Positions 18,079-27,891 of a stretch of DNA of 64,000 nt are shown in pieces. Under the pieces are notes generated by a model, which was not told the DNA's origin, did no database searches, and saw only the letters and a list, made by a program, of their open reading frames with translations. The DNA is from Candidatus Stahliibacteriota bacterium (GTDB lineage: Bacteria; Hydrothermota; Tepidihabitantia; SM23-42): NCBI GenBank assembly GCA_030609135.1, contig JAUWCU010000002.1, positions 4,798 through 68,797 of the forward strand, written 5' to 3'. Each line of letters starts with the position of its first letter. Position 1 is the first letter of the stretch. Made by a program: the position numbers and the translations under genes.

Positions 18079-18223
18079 AATGCCCACGTTGCGGTAGAGA
18101 CATGAAAGAAACTAAAGGAACACACCACAAGAAAAAAAATGGAAATGCCTGCATTGCGGCAAGGTCCGTTTCAGCAACTTAAGGGAAAAACATAAAAAAG
18201 TCTTGACAAACAACAATATTTAA
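18075..18223 (+). pseudogene. Small zinc-ribbon protein interrupted at an A8 homopolymer (frameshift or -1 slippery site)
   Basis: The ATG at 18075 (overlapping the TPR gene stop) gives MKCPRCGRDMKETKGTHHKKK, then an A8 run. The -1 frame continues WKCLHCGKVRFSNLREKHKKVLTNNNI*, completing a CxxC...CxxC zinc ribbon. In frame 0 the product ends after 34 aa without the second CxxC. Confidence 0.4.
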
Positions 18224-18232
18224 TTATATTAT
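18204..18232 (+). promoter_or_regulatory. sigma70-type promoter TTGACA-17-TATTAT, 9 nt before the ATG at 18242
   Basis: TTGACAaacaacaatatttaattaTATTATtcacatagtATG. Confidence 0.4.
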
Positions 18233-18241
18233 TCACATAGT

Positions 18242-18883
18242 ATGGAAACATTTTACTCAATCTTAGGAGTCACGCTTTATTCGACGGCTGAGGAAATCAA
18301 AAAATCCTATCTTAGATTAGCACAAAAATATCATCCAGATCGTCATTTTAACCCCGAGGATAAAATCAAAGCCAATGAAAAATTCGCCAAGATCACTGAA
18401 GGCTACCGTGTTCTGTCAGATGAGAAACTCAAAACAGAATATGATAAATCGCTAGAAAAGGGGGTTAAACCAAAGGATGAAGCTAAGAAAACACAAGCGG
18501 GGAATGCCTTCAAAAGGGCTATTGCATTCCTTAAACAAAATGATCCATGGCGAGCAGTTAACCTTTTGCGCATTGCCTGTCGCTACCACGAACAACCCAT
18601 GTACCTATCATATTTAGGACTTGCTCTGGTTTATACCAAGCAGTATCAAAAAGAAGGCTTTGAAAAAATCGAAAGTGCAATCAAACAAGTAATGTTCAAC
18701 CCGATATTCTATGTTAACCGTGGATTGGCACACGAACACATCGGCGATAAGTCAAGAGCACTTGAATCATATTATGAGGCACTCAACTGGGACGCGAACA
18801 ACCGGACAGCGAAAAAAGGTATTGAAAGACTGCAACGTAAGAAAAAGGGGTTATTAAGGAAATTGTTTGGCGGGGACAAATGA
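18242..18883 (+). CDS. J-domain (DnaJ-like) protein with a TPR-like C-terminal region
   Basis: The N-terminus FYSILGVTLYSTAEEIKKSYLRLAQKYHPDR contains the HPD motif of the J domain. Confidence 0.75.
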   Translation: METFYSILGVTLYSTAEEIKKSYLRLAQKYHPDRHFNPEDKIKANEKFAKITEGYRVLSDEKLKTEYDKSLEKGVKPKDEAKKTQAGNAFKRAIAFLKQNDPWRAVNLLRIACRYHEQPMYLSYLGLALVYTKQYQKEGFEKIESAIKQVMFNPIFYVNRGLAHEHIGDKSRALESYYEALNWDANNRTAKKGIERLQRKKKGLLRKLFGGDK

Positions 18884-19149
18884 AAAAAACCAATATTCTC
18901 ACCGGCTTTGAAAAACTCTGCCGCGATTTAGAGATAGTGGTAAAATACGATAGGTTTTTTGGTCGCGGTGGCTTTTGCAGACTCAGGGATCAATCCTATT
19001 TTATAATCAATGAAAGGCTTTCCAATGAAGCTAAAGAACAGATATTTGTCGATGAACTAAAGGCATTCGACTTAACTTCTACACAGATCCCCCTACAATT
19101 AAAAGACCTACTCAGCAAACCCGGTAGGGAAAAAGATAAGAGATTCTAA
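18880..19149 (+). CDS. Hypothetical protein
   Basis: 89-aa ORF with an ATGA overlap with the upstream stop (translational coupling); no recognisable domain. Confidence 0.4.
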   Translation: MKKTNILTGFEKLCRDLEIVVKYDRFFGRGGFCRLRDQSYFIINERLSNEAKEQIFVDELKAFDLTSTQIPLQLKDLLSKPGREKDKRF

Positions 19150-19163
19150 ACATCCTACGGGGT

Positions 19164-20090
19164 TTACTGTTCATCCCTAATTTCTCCAATCAATTCCTCA
19201 AGCAAATCCTCTAAGGTCACAAGCCCAATCGCCATACCCTGGCTACTAAGAACAATTGCCATGTGCTCACCTTTTTGTTTCATCGCGGTGAAAATCGGCA
19301 TACAACGCTCTTTTGCATCAATAAAGAGTGGTTTTCTCAAAACAACTCTATTTTTGTAGAAGTAGTCTTTTATATTAAAAATGCCAACGATATTGCTTTT
19401 TTTACCTTGGTAAACAGGAATCCTTGTATATATCCTTTTGTGTTTTTCAGTAAGCGATTTCAATTCAGCCCCTTTGCGACACGTGAAGGCGGTATCCAAA
19501 GGTATTACTATTTCGCCGATTGTACGCTTGGAGAAATTAAAAAGCCTGGTAGCAAACTTCCTTGCCTCCTCTTCATACTCGCTCATCGCGTGGATAATAT
19601 CAGATCTTCGTATTGAATCAGTTCTTGCTTCAGTCCTGAAGAGGTAAGCCAGTCTTTTGGAGATAAAAGCATAAAAACTAACAATGGGATAAGTGACGAC
19701 TTCATTGTAATAAATCAAATTACTAAGGTGGCTCATAACCTTACTTGGATAAGAAAGGGCTATTGACTTAGGAATGAATAAACCAACCGTTAATGAAAAC
19801 AACGAGAGTACGATAGTTGAAAAAACTACTCCATTGTCGCCGAAAAGGTCAATGAAGAACTTGGCGAAGAGAGTCGATGCCACCACAATAATGAAGTTAT
19901 CGCTCACTGAAATTGTCGAGAAAAAACGCTCGGGTCGAGCCATAAAATTGCTAACCCGTAGTGCCCAGAGTTTTTTTTCACGCTTTGCTCTAAGCACATG
20001 CATTTTTTCAAGACTAATTAAACCGGTCTCACTCGCCGCGAAGAAACCTTGTAGCACAACAAGCAATAGTGGTAGTATAAAGTATATCAT
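19164..20090 (-). CDS. CNNM/DUF21 membrane domain plus CBS-pair protein (HlyC/CorC family, lacking the CorC_HlyC C-terminal domain)
   Basis: N-terminal DUF21 TM region with the SETGLISL motif and a tandem CBS region; paralogue of the adjacent gene; 4-nt overlap with it. Confidence 0.75.
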   Translation of the reverse strand: MIYFILPLLLVVLQGFFAASETGLISLEKMHVLRAKREKKLWALRVSNFMARPERFFSTISVSDNFIIVVASTLFAKFFIDLFGDNGVVFSTIVLSLFSLTVGLFIPKSIALSYPSKVMSHLSNLIYYNEVVTYPIVSFYAFISKRLAYLFRTEARTDSIRRSDIIHAMSEYEEEARKFATRLFNFSKRTIGEIVIPLDTAFTCRKGAELKSLTEKHKRIYTRIPVYQGKKSNIVGIFNIKDYFYKNRVVLRKPLFIDAKERCMPIFTAMKQKGEHMAIVLSSQGMAIGLVTLEDLLEELIGEIRDEQ

Positions 20091-21346
20091 TGCCCCACCT
20101 TCTCAATAAGAACCCTTTCTATTATTCGATCTCGCGTCTCTTCGATTTTAATCTTAAGACCCGGCAGTTTTATGCTCTCCTTTTCATTGGGGATTTTCCC
20201 AAAGTGATTTAGGATGAAACCAGATAACCTTTCTCCTTCATCAGCAAACGGTTCTACTTCGAGCACGCGGGCAAGCTCGCCAATGCTGATATCACCATCA
20301 AAAATATATCGATTGACACCAACCTTTTTATAGGGAAGATCAGTGACCTCATCATATTCATCGACTATCTCACCAAAGAGAGATTCAAGAATATCCTCAA
20401 GCGTTACGATCCCGCTGAAACTACCAAATTCATCAACAATAATACTAATGTGAATGCCATTTCGCCTGAATTCACTGAGCAGGTTGTCAATTAACTTTGT
20501 CTCGGGGACTATATAAGGATCACGCATAAGTTCCTTCACAGTGATTTCTTTGTTGGCTTTGCTGTTCATATGACTGATAAAAACGTTCTTTGCATACAGG
20601 ATACCAACGACATCATGGTTTTTGTTGAAAACACAAATTCTCGAGTGCTTCTCTGAAACCATTGTTTCCCGAACGTCTTGCAAACTGGCATCAACCGCGA
20701 CCCCCACAACTTTGTATCGCGGGGTCATAATATCGCTTACTCGCATCTTACCAAACTGGAGGATTTGATAACCGAATTTTTCTTCGCCTTCATCTAACAC
20801 GCTGTTCTTTTTTGCCTCACTCAACATGATTCTAATTTCTTCATCTGAAATTGCAGTATGGTCCTCAGGAGGCTGTTTGCTTATAATCGCCTTGGTAAAC
20901 ACCATCATCAAAGATGAAATCGGCCGAAAAACGTAGGAAATAATGCTAATTATCTTGCTGAATTTGAGTGACAAATATTCCGCATTTGAAAACGCGATTG
21001 TCTTAGGAGTGATTTCTCCAAAGATCAAGAGCAAAGATGTCATGATTATAAAGTAAACAATGAAAGAGAGTGTGGTATTTATTCGGCTGCTTGCAATTAT
21101 TTGGATCAGGATGATGGCACCGACTGAGGAAGCAGCGATGTTCACGAGAATATTTGCCAACAAGATAGCGGCAAGTGTTTTCCCCGATTCCTTTTTCAAG
21201 CGATCGAGTGTTTGAGCCCCTTTTCTTTCTTCGTAGATGAGGGTCTTAATACGGAAACGCGACAAGGAGAAAATTGCTGCTTCGATACCTGAAAAAAAGG
21301 CACTCAAAACCAGAAATATCACTATTAGGGCAAAGTATAATAACAT
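20087..21346 (-). CDS. corC: HlyC/CorC-family protein (DUF21 + CBS pair + CorC_HlyC transporter-associated domain)
   Basis: FFSGIEAAIFSL DUF21 motif, CBS pair and a C-terminal CorC_HlyC-like domain (GDISIGELARVLEVE...); ybeX-equivalent position after ybeY. Confidence 0.8.
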   Translation of the reverse strand: MLLYFALIVIFLVLSAFFSGIEAAIFSLSRFRIKTLIYEERKGAQTLDRLKKESGKTLAAILLANILVNIAASSVGAIILIQIIASSRINTTLSFIVYFIIMTSLLLIFGEITPKTIAFSNAEYLSLKFSKIISIISYVFRPISSLMMVFTKAIISKQPPEDHTAISDEEIRIMLSEAKKNSVLDEGEEKFGYQILQFGKMRVSDIMTPRYKVVGVAVDASLQDVRETMVSEKHSRICVFNKNHDVVGILYAKNVFISHMNSKANKEITVKELMRDPYIVPETKLIDNLLSEFRRNGIHISIIVDEFGSFSGIVTLEDILESLFGEIVDEYDEVTDLPYKKVGVNRYIFDGDISIGELARVLEVEPFADEGERLSGFILNHFGKIPNEKESIKLPGLKIKIEETRDRIIERVLIEKVGQ

Positions 21347-21393
21347 GTTACTGAGGAAAAAATGAAATGGTTCTCATATCATCCACGATATGA

Positions 21394-21442
21394 TGTAGTC
21401 GCCTGATTTATCAGGCTTTGTCCAATAAATTGGACAACTACA
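21394..21442. mobile_element. MITE-like repeat, copy 4 (short form) between ybeY and corC
   Basis: TGTAGTCGCCTGATTTATCAGGC ttt GTCCAATAAATTGGACAACTACA. Confidence 0.5.
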
Positions 21443-21557
21443 ATTATTAATGCCCGATTCCCACAGTTCCTATATCCATTACCCAAAATGAGAACTATTT
21501 CATGTTCTCCGTAATAAATTGAGATTAGGAATCCAGGTGATGTAACCATGTGCTCTG

Positions 21558-21956
21558 CTACACACTTGACTGCGCTGTCTTCACCAACTTAAGATATTGA
21601 AGACATTTGCTTTCCATCGTTTTGGTTTCCGCTTTTGTCTTATGGTCATAACCTACGATATGCAGTAAACCGTGTATAATGTAATAGTACAATTCGTCAA
21701 TGTTGCTGATCCGGTCATATGATATATAGATTTCCGAAACCTCTTCCATACGAAATGAAATCACATTTGTTGGTTTGTCTTTTTTAAGGAACTTTCTGTT
21801 TAATTCCTTGAGATAATTGTCATTGGTTAGGATTATGTTGAGATTTTTGAGCTCAGTTTTTTCGTCTACTAACGTCTTTTCAACAAGAGCAATGATATCT
21901 TTTCTAACGTTCGACGATAGACAACAGGCGGCCTGGTTGAAAATATTAACTTGCAA
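21558..21956 (-). CDS. ybeY: Endoribonuclease YbeY (rRNA maturation factor)
   Basis: The HGLLHIVGYDH zinc-binding motif (H..LH..G.DH) is characteristic of YbeY; size 132 aa. Confidence 0.85.
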   Translation of the reverse strand: MQVNIFNQAACCLSSNVRKDIIALVEKTLVDEKTELKNLNIILTNDNYLKELNRKFLKKDKPTNVISFRMEEVSEIYISYDRISNIDELYYYIIHGLLHIVGYDHKTKAETKTMESKCLQYLKLVKTAQSSV

Positions 21957-24053
21957 TCAAAGTTTTCTGTTTTTTCCGTCTACCTTTTCGCCGGTCTTTT
22001 CTCCACTCAGATCATATTCTAAACGGGGATGGAAAACACCAGTAAGGATTGACAGAAATGCGGTACTCACTTGGACCAGGTCCTGTCGCGTAATAGGACA
22101 TTCGTCGAGTTGACCGTCGGCAAATTTCTTTTCAATATTATCTTTAAGCATTTTTTGCAACTTCGTGACCGTGATGTTTTTCTCACTCCTCGCTGCAGCC
22201 TCAATAGAATCGGCAAGCATGACCACTGCAGATTCCTTGGTTTTTGGTTTAGGACCTGGATACCGAAAAGTATCTTCGTCGATATCCGGAGAAGTATCCA
22301 GTGCTTTCTTATAAAACAATTCAATGGCTGTTGTACCATGGTGTTGCTCGATAATATTAATGAGCTCCTTTGGCAATTTCATTTTCTTCGCCATTTCCAC
22401 ACCGTCTTTGACATGGGATATGATGACCAGAGTACTCATTTGGGGCTTGAGCGTATCATGCGGATTTTCAACGCCGAGTTGATTCTCAATATAATACTCA
22501 GGTTTCTTCAGCTTGCCGATATCATGATAGTACGCGCCGACCCTCGCCAGAATCGGATCCGCCCCAATCACCCGGGCGGCGGCTTCAGCCAGGCTACCGA
22601 CAACAATTGAATGATGATAAGTACCTGGCGCCTCAATAGCCATCTCTTTGAATAATGGCAGATTAAGGTTGCCTTGTTCGAGTAGCGTTAGATCTGTGCA
22701 GAAATCAAAAAGTTTCTCAAACAACGGTAATAGAAGAACGAAAAGAACGCTCCCCAAAATGCTGTTTAGGATACCTTCACCAAGATGCAATAAGATGAGT
22801 TTGCCTTTCAATAAATACATATCGGCAAAGAGTATCGCCGTCATGTTGGCGATTGCAATATATATCATCGGTCTGTAAAGAGATAATCTGGAACTGATCG
22901 CTCGTGATGAAAAAGCAGCTACTACCCCGCTGACTAACAAAAAAATGAATATCGACAGGGAATTCAGGGTAACACCAAACAAGGAAGCAAAGACCAAAGT
23001 TATGATAATCGCTATGTAGAAATCAAAATACAGTGCAAACAACAGAATGAAAAAAGAAATTGGTAAAAGATATATTGTATCAATTGCATATGCAGTTTTA
23101 CCAACCACTAAATAGATGGCTGAAAGTACAGCAACAAAATAAATATTTTTTCCCTCGAAGAGTTTCACTTTCACAACTAAACTTATATTTAGTAAAAGAA
23201 ATATTGCGGCAGAGTAAAGTAAATTCCGAAAGAGCATAGTTTTCAGTATTTCCCAGGTGCCAACGGATATATAAGTAGTTTCCAATGCCGCGATTATTTC
23301 TCTTGCTTCCTTGGTGACCCGCTTATGTTTCTCTACAATGATCTCGCCTTTCAGTATCTTCCCTTTTGTCTTGGGTACGTTGGCAAAAACCCCATCTATT
23401 CTCTCTTCTGTTTTCTCTACGTTGTAGATAACATTCGGGATAAGCAGAAAACTAACCAACATTTGCTGTTCAGGCTTTTTTCGATAACTGAGTATACTCT
23501 CTGCCTCAGCAATTGAGTATAGCCTTTCTAAGGATTCAACTATTTCTTTATCGCCACTTGCGATCGTGATTATTCTAAACTGAAGGGGTTTTGCATCAAC
23601 GACGCCAGCTGCATATATGTTACCAAGTTCATCAATGAGGTCTTCGTAAGTGTTCCTAAATCGAGTTCTGGTCAGGTATCTTATTACAATACCATCAAGA
23701 GCATATTCTTTCTGGGTTAAGAAAACCAGGGAATCTTCGGTGAGCGACGAAAGATCACGAAGTGAATCAATGAGGTTTACAAGACCATCCAGTTTTTTAA
23801 TAACCATTTTGTATACAGAATTATTCAAATCAAAGACAGGTGGAATCCTTGCTGCAATTTCCGCCTTCTCTGCATATAGTTCCTGTTCGGTTTTAGGGAT
23901 GAAAAAATCATAAGGAGCGATTATATTTGAAGTCGCTATTTTACCTTCATTGATGGTATATTTCGTGGGTACTCTCGGCGGTGGGAATATTACATTTAGT
24001 AAGAAGAAAATACCAATGAGTATGAGGTATTTAGGTTGTATCTTTGGCTTCAT
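21957..24053 (-). CDS. 7TM-receptor-linked HD-family phosphohydrolase (PgpH/YqfF-like)
   Basis: N-terminal extracellular segment, a 7TM block, and a C-terminal HD domain ([21 protein letters not shown]...GAYYHDIGK); conserved phoH-pgpH-ybeY neighbourhood. Confidence 0.8.
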   Translation of the reverse strand: MKPKIQPKYLILIGIFFLLNVIFPPPRVPTKYTINEGKIATSNIIAPYDFFIPKTEQELYAEKAEIAARIPPVFDLNNSVYKMVIKKLDGLVNLIDSLRDLSSLTEDSLVFLTQKEYALDGIVIRYLTRTRFRNTYEDLIDELGNIYAAGVVDAKPLQFRIITIASGDKEIVESLERLYSIAEAESILSYRKKPEQQMLVSFLLIPNVIYNVEKTEERIDGVFANVPKTKGKILKGEIIVEKHKRVTKEAREIIAALETTYISVGTWEILKTMLFRNLLYSAAIFLLLNISLVVKVKLFEGKNIYFVAVLSAIYLVVGKTAYAIDTIYLLPISFFILLFALYFDFYIAIIITLVFASLFGVTLNSLSIFIFLLVSGVVAAFSSRAISSRLSLYRPMIYIAIANMTAILFADMYLLKGKLILLHLGEGILNSILGSVLFVLLLPLFEKLFDFCTDLTLLEQGNLNLPLFKEMAIEAPGTYHHSIVVGSLAEAAARVIGADPILARVGAYYHDIGKLKKPEYYIENQLGVENPHDTLKPQMSTLVIISHVKDGVEMAKKMKLPKELINIIEQHHGTTAIELFYKKALDTSPDIDEDTFRYPGPKPKTKESAVVMLADSIEAAARSEKNITVTKLQKMLKDNIEKKFADGQLDECPITRQDLVQVSTAFLSILTGVFHPRLEYDLSGEKTGEKVDGKNRKL

Positions 24054-24936
24054 AAGCTTTGATTATTTTCTGAACCAGATTATGCCTGGCTACATCTTTT
24101 TCATTCAAATACACAAATCGTATCGGCTGAATGTCTTTCAGAATATGTTGAATTTCAATCAAACCAGAATATATGTTAGATGGTAAATCGACCTGAGTGA
24201 TGTCACCGGTAATAACTACCTTTGACCTCCAGCCCATCCTTGTTAAGAACATCTTCATCTGTATGCTGGTCGTATTCTGTGCTTCATCAAGTATGATAAA
24301 TGAATCGTTGAGTGTTCTACCCCGCATGAAAGCAAGGGGTGCGACTTCTATAGTCTTCATTGTGAGGTATTTCTTGACACGATCATAGGGAAGAAAATCG
24401 TGGAGCGCGTCATAGAGCGGTCTCAGATAAGGGTCAACCTTTTCCTCAAGCGCACCGGGTAAAAAACCCAAGGACTCACCAGCTTCAACTGCTGGTCTCG
24501 TTAGGATTATTCGTTCAACCCTTTTAGACATCAAATACGATACAGCCTTTGCCACACCGAGATACGTTTTACCCGTACCAGCCGGTCCTATACTAATTAC
24601 AATATCATAGTCATCGATAGCTTTCAGATACCCTGCCTGTCCAGTGCTTTTTGCCTTAACCAACCGCTTTGGCGTGGTTACGCATGACGGGTTTTTTTCT
24701 TCCGCTTTACTAATCCTCTGGTGCTCGTCCTTTCTTGCCTTGTCCAAATCCCTCAACACTTTTATCACCGCCTTGGCTGCCTTTTTGATATTTGCTTCCT
24801 CGCCCTTTAAGTGAATACACTGATCGCGCATAGATGCAATGATGCTGAATTTAGCCTGGATGTTTTTGAGAAGTTCATCTTGGAAACCAAGAACTTCAGT
24901 GGGGGCGTAGTCAGATATGGAGATTGTTACTTTCAC
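24031..24936 (-). CDS. phoH: PhoH-family ATPase (YbeZ)
   Basis: Walker [13 protein letters not shown], PhoH-like C-terminal region; GTG start. Confidence 0.85.
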   Translation of the reverse strand: MKVTISISDYAPTEVLGFQDELLKNIQAKFSIIASMRDQCIHLKGEEANIKKAAKAVIKVLRDLDKARKDEHQRISKAEEKNPSCVTTPKRLVKAKSTGQAGYLKAIDDYDIVISIGPAGTGKTYLGVAKAVSYLMSKRVERIILTRPAVEAGESLGFLPGALEEKVDPYLRPLYDALHDFLPYDRVKKYLTMKTIEVAPLAFMRGRTLNDSFIILDEAQNTTSIQMKMFLTRMGWRSKVVITGDITQVDLPSNIYSGLIEIQHILKDIQPIRFVYLNEKDVARHNLVQKIIKAYEAKDTT

Positions 24937-24975
24937 ATTTAAGGGAGGGGCAGTTAACTGCCCCTCCCATAATTT

Positions 24976-25572
24976 TTAGTCGTGTGGTATTACAAATTCC
25001 TGTCTTGGGTATATCCAATCAGGATCTTTGATTTTGTCTTTGTTTGCCTCATATATTTCAGGCCATCTTCTTGAATTAGAGTAGATTGAATAATATGAAG
25101 CAATTAACGTAAGACAATCGCCAGGTATTACGCTATAGTCCTCTAAATAGGGAATCATTAATACCCAACCCGGATATATAAGGTTTGGATTATTGATTTT
25201 ATCCTTGTTTGCTTCGAATATCATAGGCCATTTTGCGCCTGCATGATACACTTCCCTCATGCCGGCAATCTTGGACAACCAATCTCCCTCCACAACCTTA
25301 TAACGTCCATACTGGCATATTCCCCAGGTTTCTTTTAATTCATCGAGTTTTGCCGCAAGTCCATCACGAGTTGTTTCTAGACCAGCAACCTCTGATCGCA
25401 GTGCTTCAACATCGGAAACGAGCTCCGATATTTTGGCTTCAGCTTCTGCAATCTGCTGTTGTAGGGCTAATAGCTCGACTTGAGCTTGTTCCTCGGTTAG
25501 TTTATCCTCGGCAAACATGAAGGCAGGAACCAATAAGAAAAGAACCAGACAAGTAGAAACGATCTTTTTCAT
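24976..25572 (-). CDS. Secreted coiled-coil protein with two C-terminal LysM-like domains
   Basis: Signal peptide MKKIVSTCLVLFLLVPAFMFA, a coiled coil, and two repeats of ...GDWLSKIAG...W..I...N and ...GDCLTLIAS...RWPEIYEAN. Start chosen at the ATG at 25572 with a GGAGG Shine-Dalgarno; the longer ORF-track extension lacks a ribosome-binding site and buries the signal peptide. Confidence 0.65.
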   Translation of the reverse strand: MKKIVSTCLVLFLLVPAFMFAEDKLTEEQAQVELLALQQQIAEAEAKISELVSDVEALRSEVAGLETTRDGLAAKLDELKETWGICQYGRYKVVEGDWLSKIAGMREVYHAGAKWPMIFEANKDKINNPNLIYPGWVLMIPYLEDYSVIPGDCLTLIASYYSIYSNSRRWPEIYEANKDKIKDPDWIYPRQEFVIPHD

Positions 25573-25582
25573 TTTATCCTCC

Positions 25583-25840
25583 TTATTTCTTGCAGCGTGT
25601 GTCGATCTTGTTCTGCAACTCTTCGATTTGACTATTGAGGTTAGCAATCTCGCTTTCGAGCGCCATTTTCATCGAGGTCAGTTCATCGAATTCAGCTTCA
25701 AGCTCAGCTATTTTTGATTGTGCGGCTTCCAGGGCGGCTCTAGTTTCCGCAAGTGCATCTAAAGTCTCCTGATTTGCCATTTTTGGACCACAACCAATAA
25801 CGACAATAGTGAGGAGAAGAACCGCAAGTATTTTTTTCAT
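25583..25840 (-). CDS. Small coiled-coil lipoprotein
   Basis: Signal peptide with lipobox VVIGC and a heptad-rich coiled coil; strong Shine-Dalgarno GGAGGTGG. Confidence 0.6.
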   Translation of the reverse strand: MKKILAVLLLTIVVIGCGPKMANQETLDALAETRAALEAAQSKIAELEAEFDELTSMKMALESEIANLNSQIEELQNKIDTRCKK

Positions 25841-26054
25841 AATGCCACCTCCTTATGGGCTTATTTATACTAAATCATATTCATAATTCCTCAAATGTCA
25901 ATAGGGAAATAGAAAGAAGCACGAAATGCAAATCTTCAAAACCACTACCACCTCCATAAAATACCATAATTGTGTGACTTTCAGAAAATGAGCGTTTGTT
26001 GTTTCAATATTTGAATTTTGAAATTGTTTCGAATTTAGGGCTTAGGTTTTAGAT

Positions 26055-26099
26055 ATTGTCAAGAGGTTCTCTTGACAATCTGTTGAATCTGACTATTAT
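26055..26099 (+). promoter_or_regulatory. ispD promoter (TTGACA 26072-26077, TATTAT 26094-26099; ATG 5 nt downstream) with a perfect 11-bp inverted repeat over the -35
   Basis: ATTGTCAAGAGgttCTCTTGACAATctgttgaatctgacTATTATttccaATG. Confidence 0.5.
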
Positions 26100-26104
26100 T
26101 TCCA

Positions 26105-26767
26105 ATGCGTAATTACGCTATTGTCGTAGCTGCTGGAAAGGGTAAGAGATTCGGGACTGCTAAGCAATTCCACCTGATCTACGGTATCCCGATGTTTATC
26201 TACAGCGTCCAGTCTTTTCATCAAAATAGACATATCCACACCATAATTCTTGTTGTACCAAAGCGGAAAATAGAAACTACCACGCAGCTCATTAAAAGAT
26301 TCAAACTGGAAAAGGTCAAGAAAATAGTCGCTGGAGGGAAGCGCCGTCAAGATTCAGTATTAAAAGGCTTGAACCAACTGAAGCGACAATCAGGTATTGT
26401 ACTAATCCATGACGGTGTCCGACCCCTGGTTGCTCAATCCTTGATAGATAAGGGTATAAAACTATGCAAAAGGCACAAGGCTGTTATTTTCGGTACGGCG
26501 ATTGGCGATACTGTAAAAGAAGCCGCAAACCGCCGCGTTGTGCGTACCGTACCGCGGCGCAACCTCTTCCTCGTTCAGACCCCTCAGTTCTTTGATATAA
26601 AACTCCTAAAAAAAGCCTTCCGTCAGACTATAAAATTTGATGAGTACACGGATGAGGCAGCAATACTTGAGGCACAAAGCATCCCCGTACATATCTTCCA
26701 AGGTCAACGCGACAATATCAAAGTAACGAGAAAAGAAGATCTCAGATTAATCGAAAAGCTATTGTGA
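26105..26767 (+). CDS. ispD: 2-C-methyl-D-erythritol 4-phosphate cytidylyltransferase
   Basis: AIVVAAGKGKRFG nucleotide-binding motif and IspD-family length. Confidence 0.85.
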   Translation: MRNYAIVVAAGKGKRFGTAKQFHLIYGIPMFIYSVQSFHQNRHIHTIILVVPKRKIETTTQLIKRFKLEKVKKIVAGGKRRQDSVLKGLNQLKRQSGIVLIHDGVRPLVAQSLIDKGIKLCKRHKAVIFGTAIGDTVKEAANRRVVRTVPRRNLFLVQTPQFFDIKLLKKAFRQTIKFDEYTDEAAILEAQSIPVHIFQGQRDNIKVTRKEDLRLIEKLL

Positions 26768-27891
26768 AAAAGGTCATCCTGCTTGGCTCAACTGGTTCCA
26801 TAGGACGTAACGCAATAAAAGTTATTAAAGACCTTCATGATTTCAAAATCGTCGGGTTAGCCGCCTACACTAATTATCAAATGCTTTCTGAACAAGCCAA
26901 GTATATAAAACCGCGTAGTGTTACCTTGGTTGATAAGAAACACTATGCAGTACTCAAGGGTGAAATAAGTAGAGCCAAGGTTTTCTGCGGTGAATCTGGT
27001 ATCACCGAGATGATCGATGCTACACAGGCAGATATTTTGATTGCCGCGTTTGCCAGCGCAGTCGGCATCCTCGGTATAAAAAGGGCAATCGAGAAACGTC
27101 TGCGTCTCTGTCTTGCGACCAAAGAAATACTGGTTAGTTTCGGCGATGTCATCATGCATGAAGTTCACCGGCATAACATAGATCTCATACCTATTGACAG
27201 CGAACATTCGGCAATATATCAATGCCTTGAAGGTAGAAATAGTGATGAAGTCAAGGCAATAATATTAACTGCCTCAGGTGGACCATTCCTTAAAAAATCG
27301 ATGAAGAATGTAACAAAAGCTGACGTGCTGAATCATCCAGTTTGGAAAATGGGTGCTAAAATTACCGTAGATTCAGCAACGATGATGAACAAAGGGCTTG
27401 AAGTTATTGAAGCACACCATCTTTTCAATATACCAGCTGAGCGCATCAAGGTTGTGATACACCCTGAAGCAATATGTCACTCGCTCGTGCAGTTTATCGA
27501 TGGCACAATGCTCGCTCAAATGTCCACACCAGATATGCAATTACCTATCCAACATTCACTCACATATCCTAAGCGTCGTCCATCAATGGTGCAACACTTG
27601 GATATAAGCCAGGTGAAACATTTGAGGTTTATGCCTCCTAACCATAGGAAATTTCCATGTCTTACATTTGCCTATGATGCTCTTATCACAGGTAAAAGCA
27701 TGCCTGCCGTGCTCAACGCCGCAAATGAAGAAACAGTCAAGTTATTTCTCGAAGATAAGATTGAATTTCACCAAATTCCGCGTATAATTAAGAAAGTCAT
27801 GAGTGAACATAAACCCCAAAAGGGTTCTATTGAAAACTACATAGAACAGGCATCATGGGCTAAGCAAACAGTTAGGAGGATAACTTGTTAG
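26764..27891 (+). CDS. dxr: 1-deoxy-D-xylulose 5-phosphate reductoisomerase
   Basis: N-terminal NADPH motif LGSTGSIGRNA, Dxr core (DSEHSAI, NKGLEVIEAH); overlaps the ispD stop. Confidence 0.9.
   Translation: MKKVILLGSTGSIGRNAIKVIKDLHDFKIVGLAAYTNYQMLSEQAKYIKPRSVTLVDKKHYAVLKGEISRAKVFCGESGITEMIDATQADILIAAFASAVGILGIKRAIEKRLRLCLATKEILVSFGDVIMHEVHRHNIDLIPIDSEHSAIYQCLEGRNSDEVKAIILTASGGPFLKKSMKNVTKADVLNHPVWKMGAKITVDSATMMNKGLEVIEAHHLFNIPAERIKVVIHPEAICHSLVQFIDGTMLAQMSTPDMQLPIQHSLTYPKRRPSMVQHLDISQVKHLRFMPPNHRKFPCLTFAYDALITGKSMPAVLNAANEETVKLFLEDKIEFHQIPRIIKKVMSEHKPQKGSIENYIEQASWAKQTVRRITC

Noticed and set aside
24976-25647. Longer LysM-protein ORF starting at 25647
   Set aside because: The extension (MLTSIVKSKSCRTRSTHAARNKEDK) precedes a clear Shine-Dalgarno-plus-ATG signal-peptide start at 25572 and overlaps the upstream lipoprotein gene.
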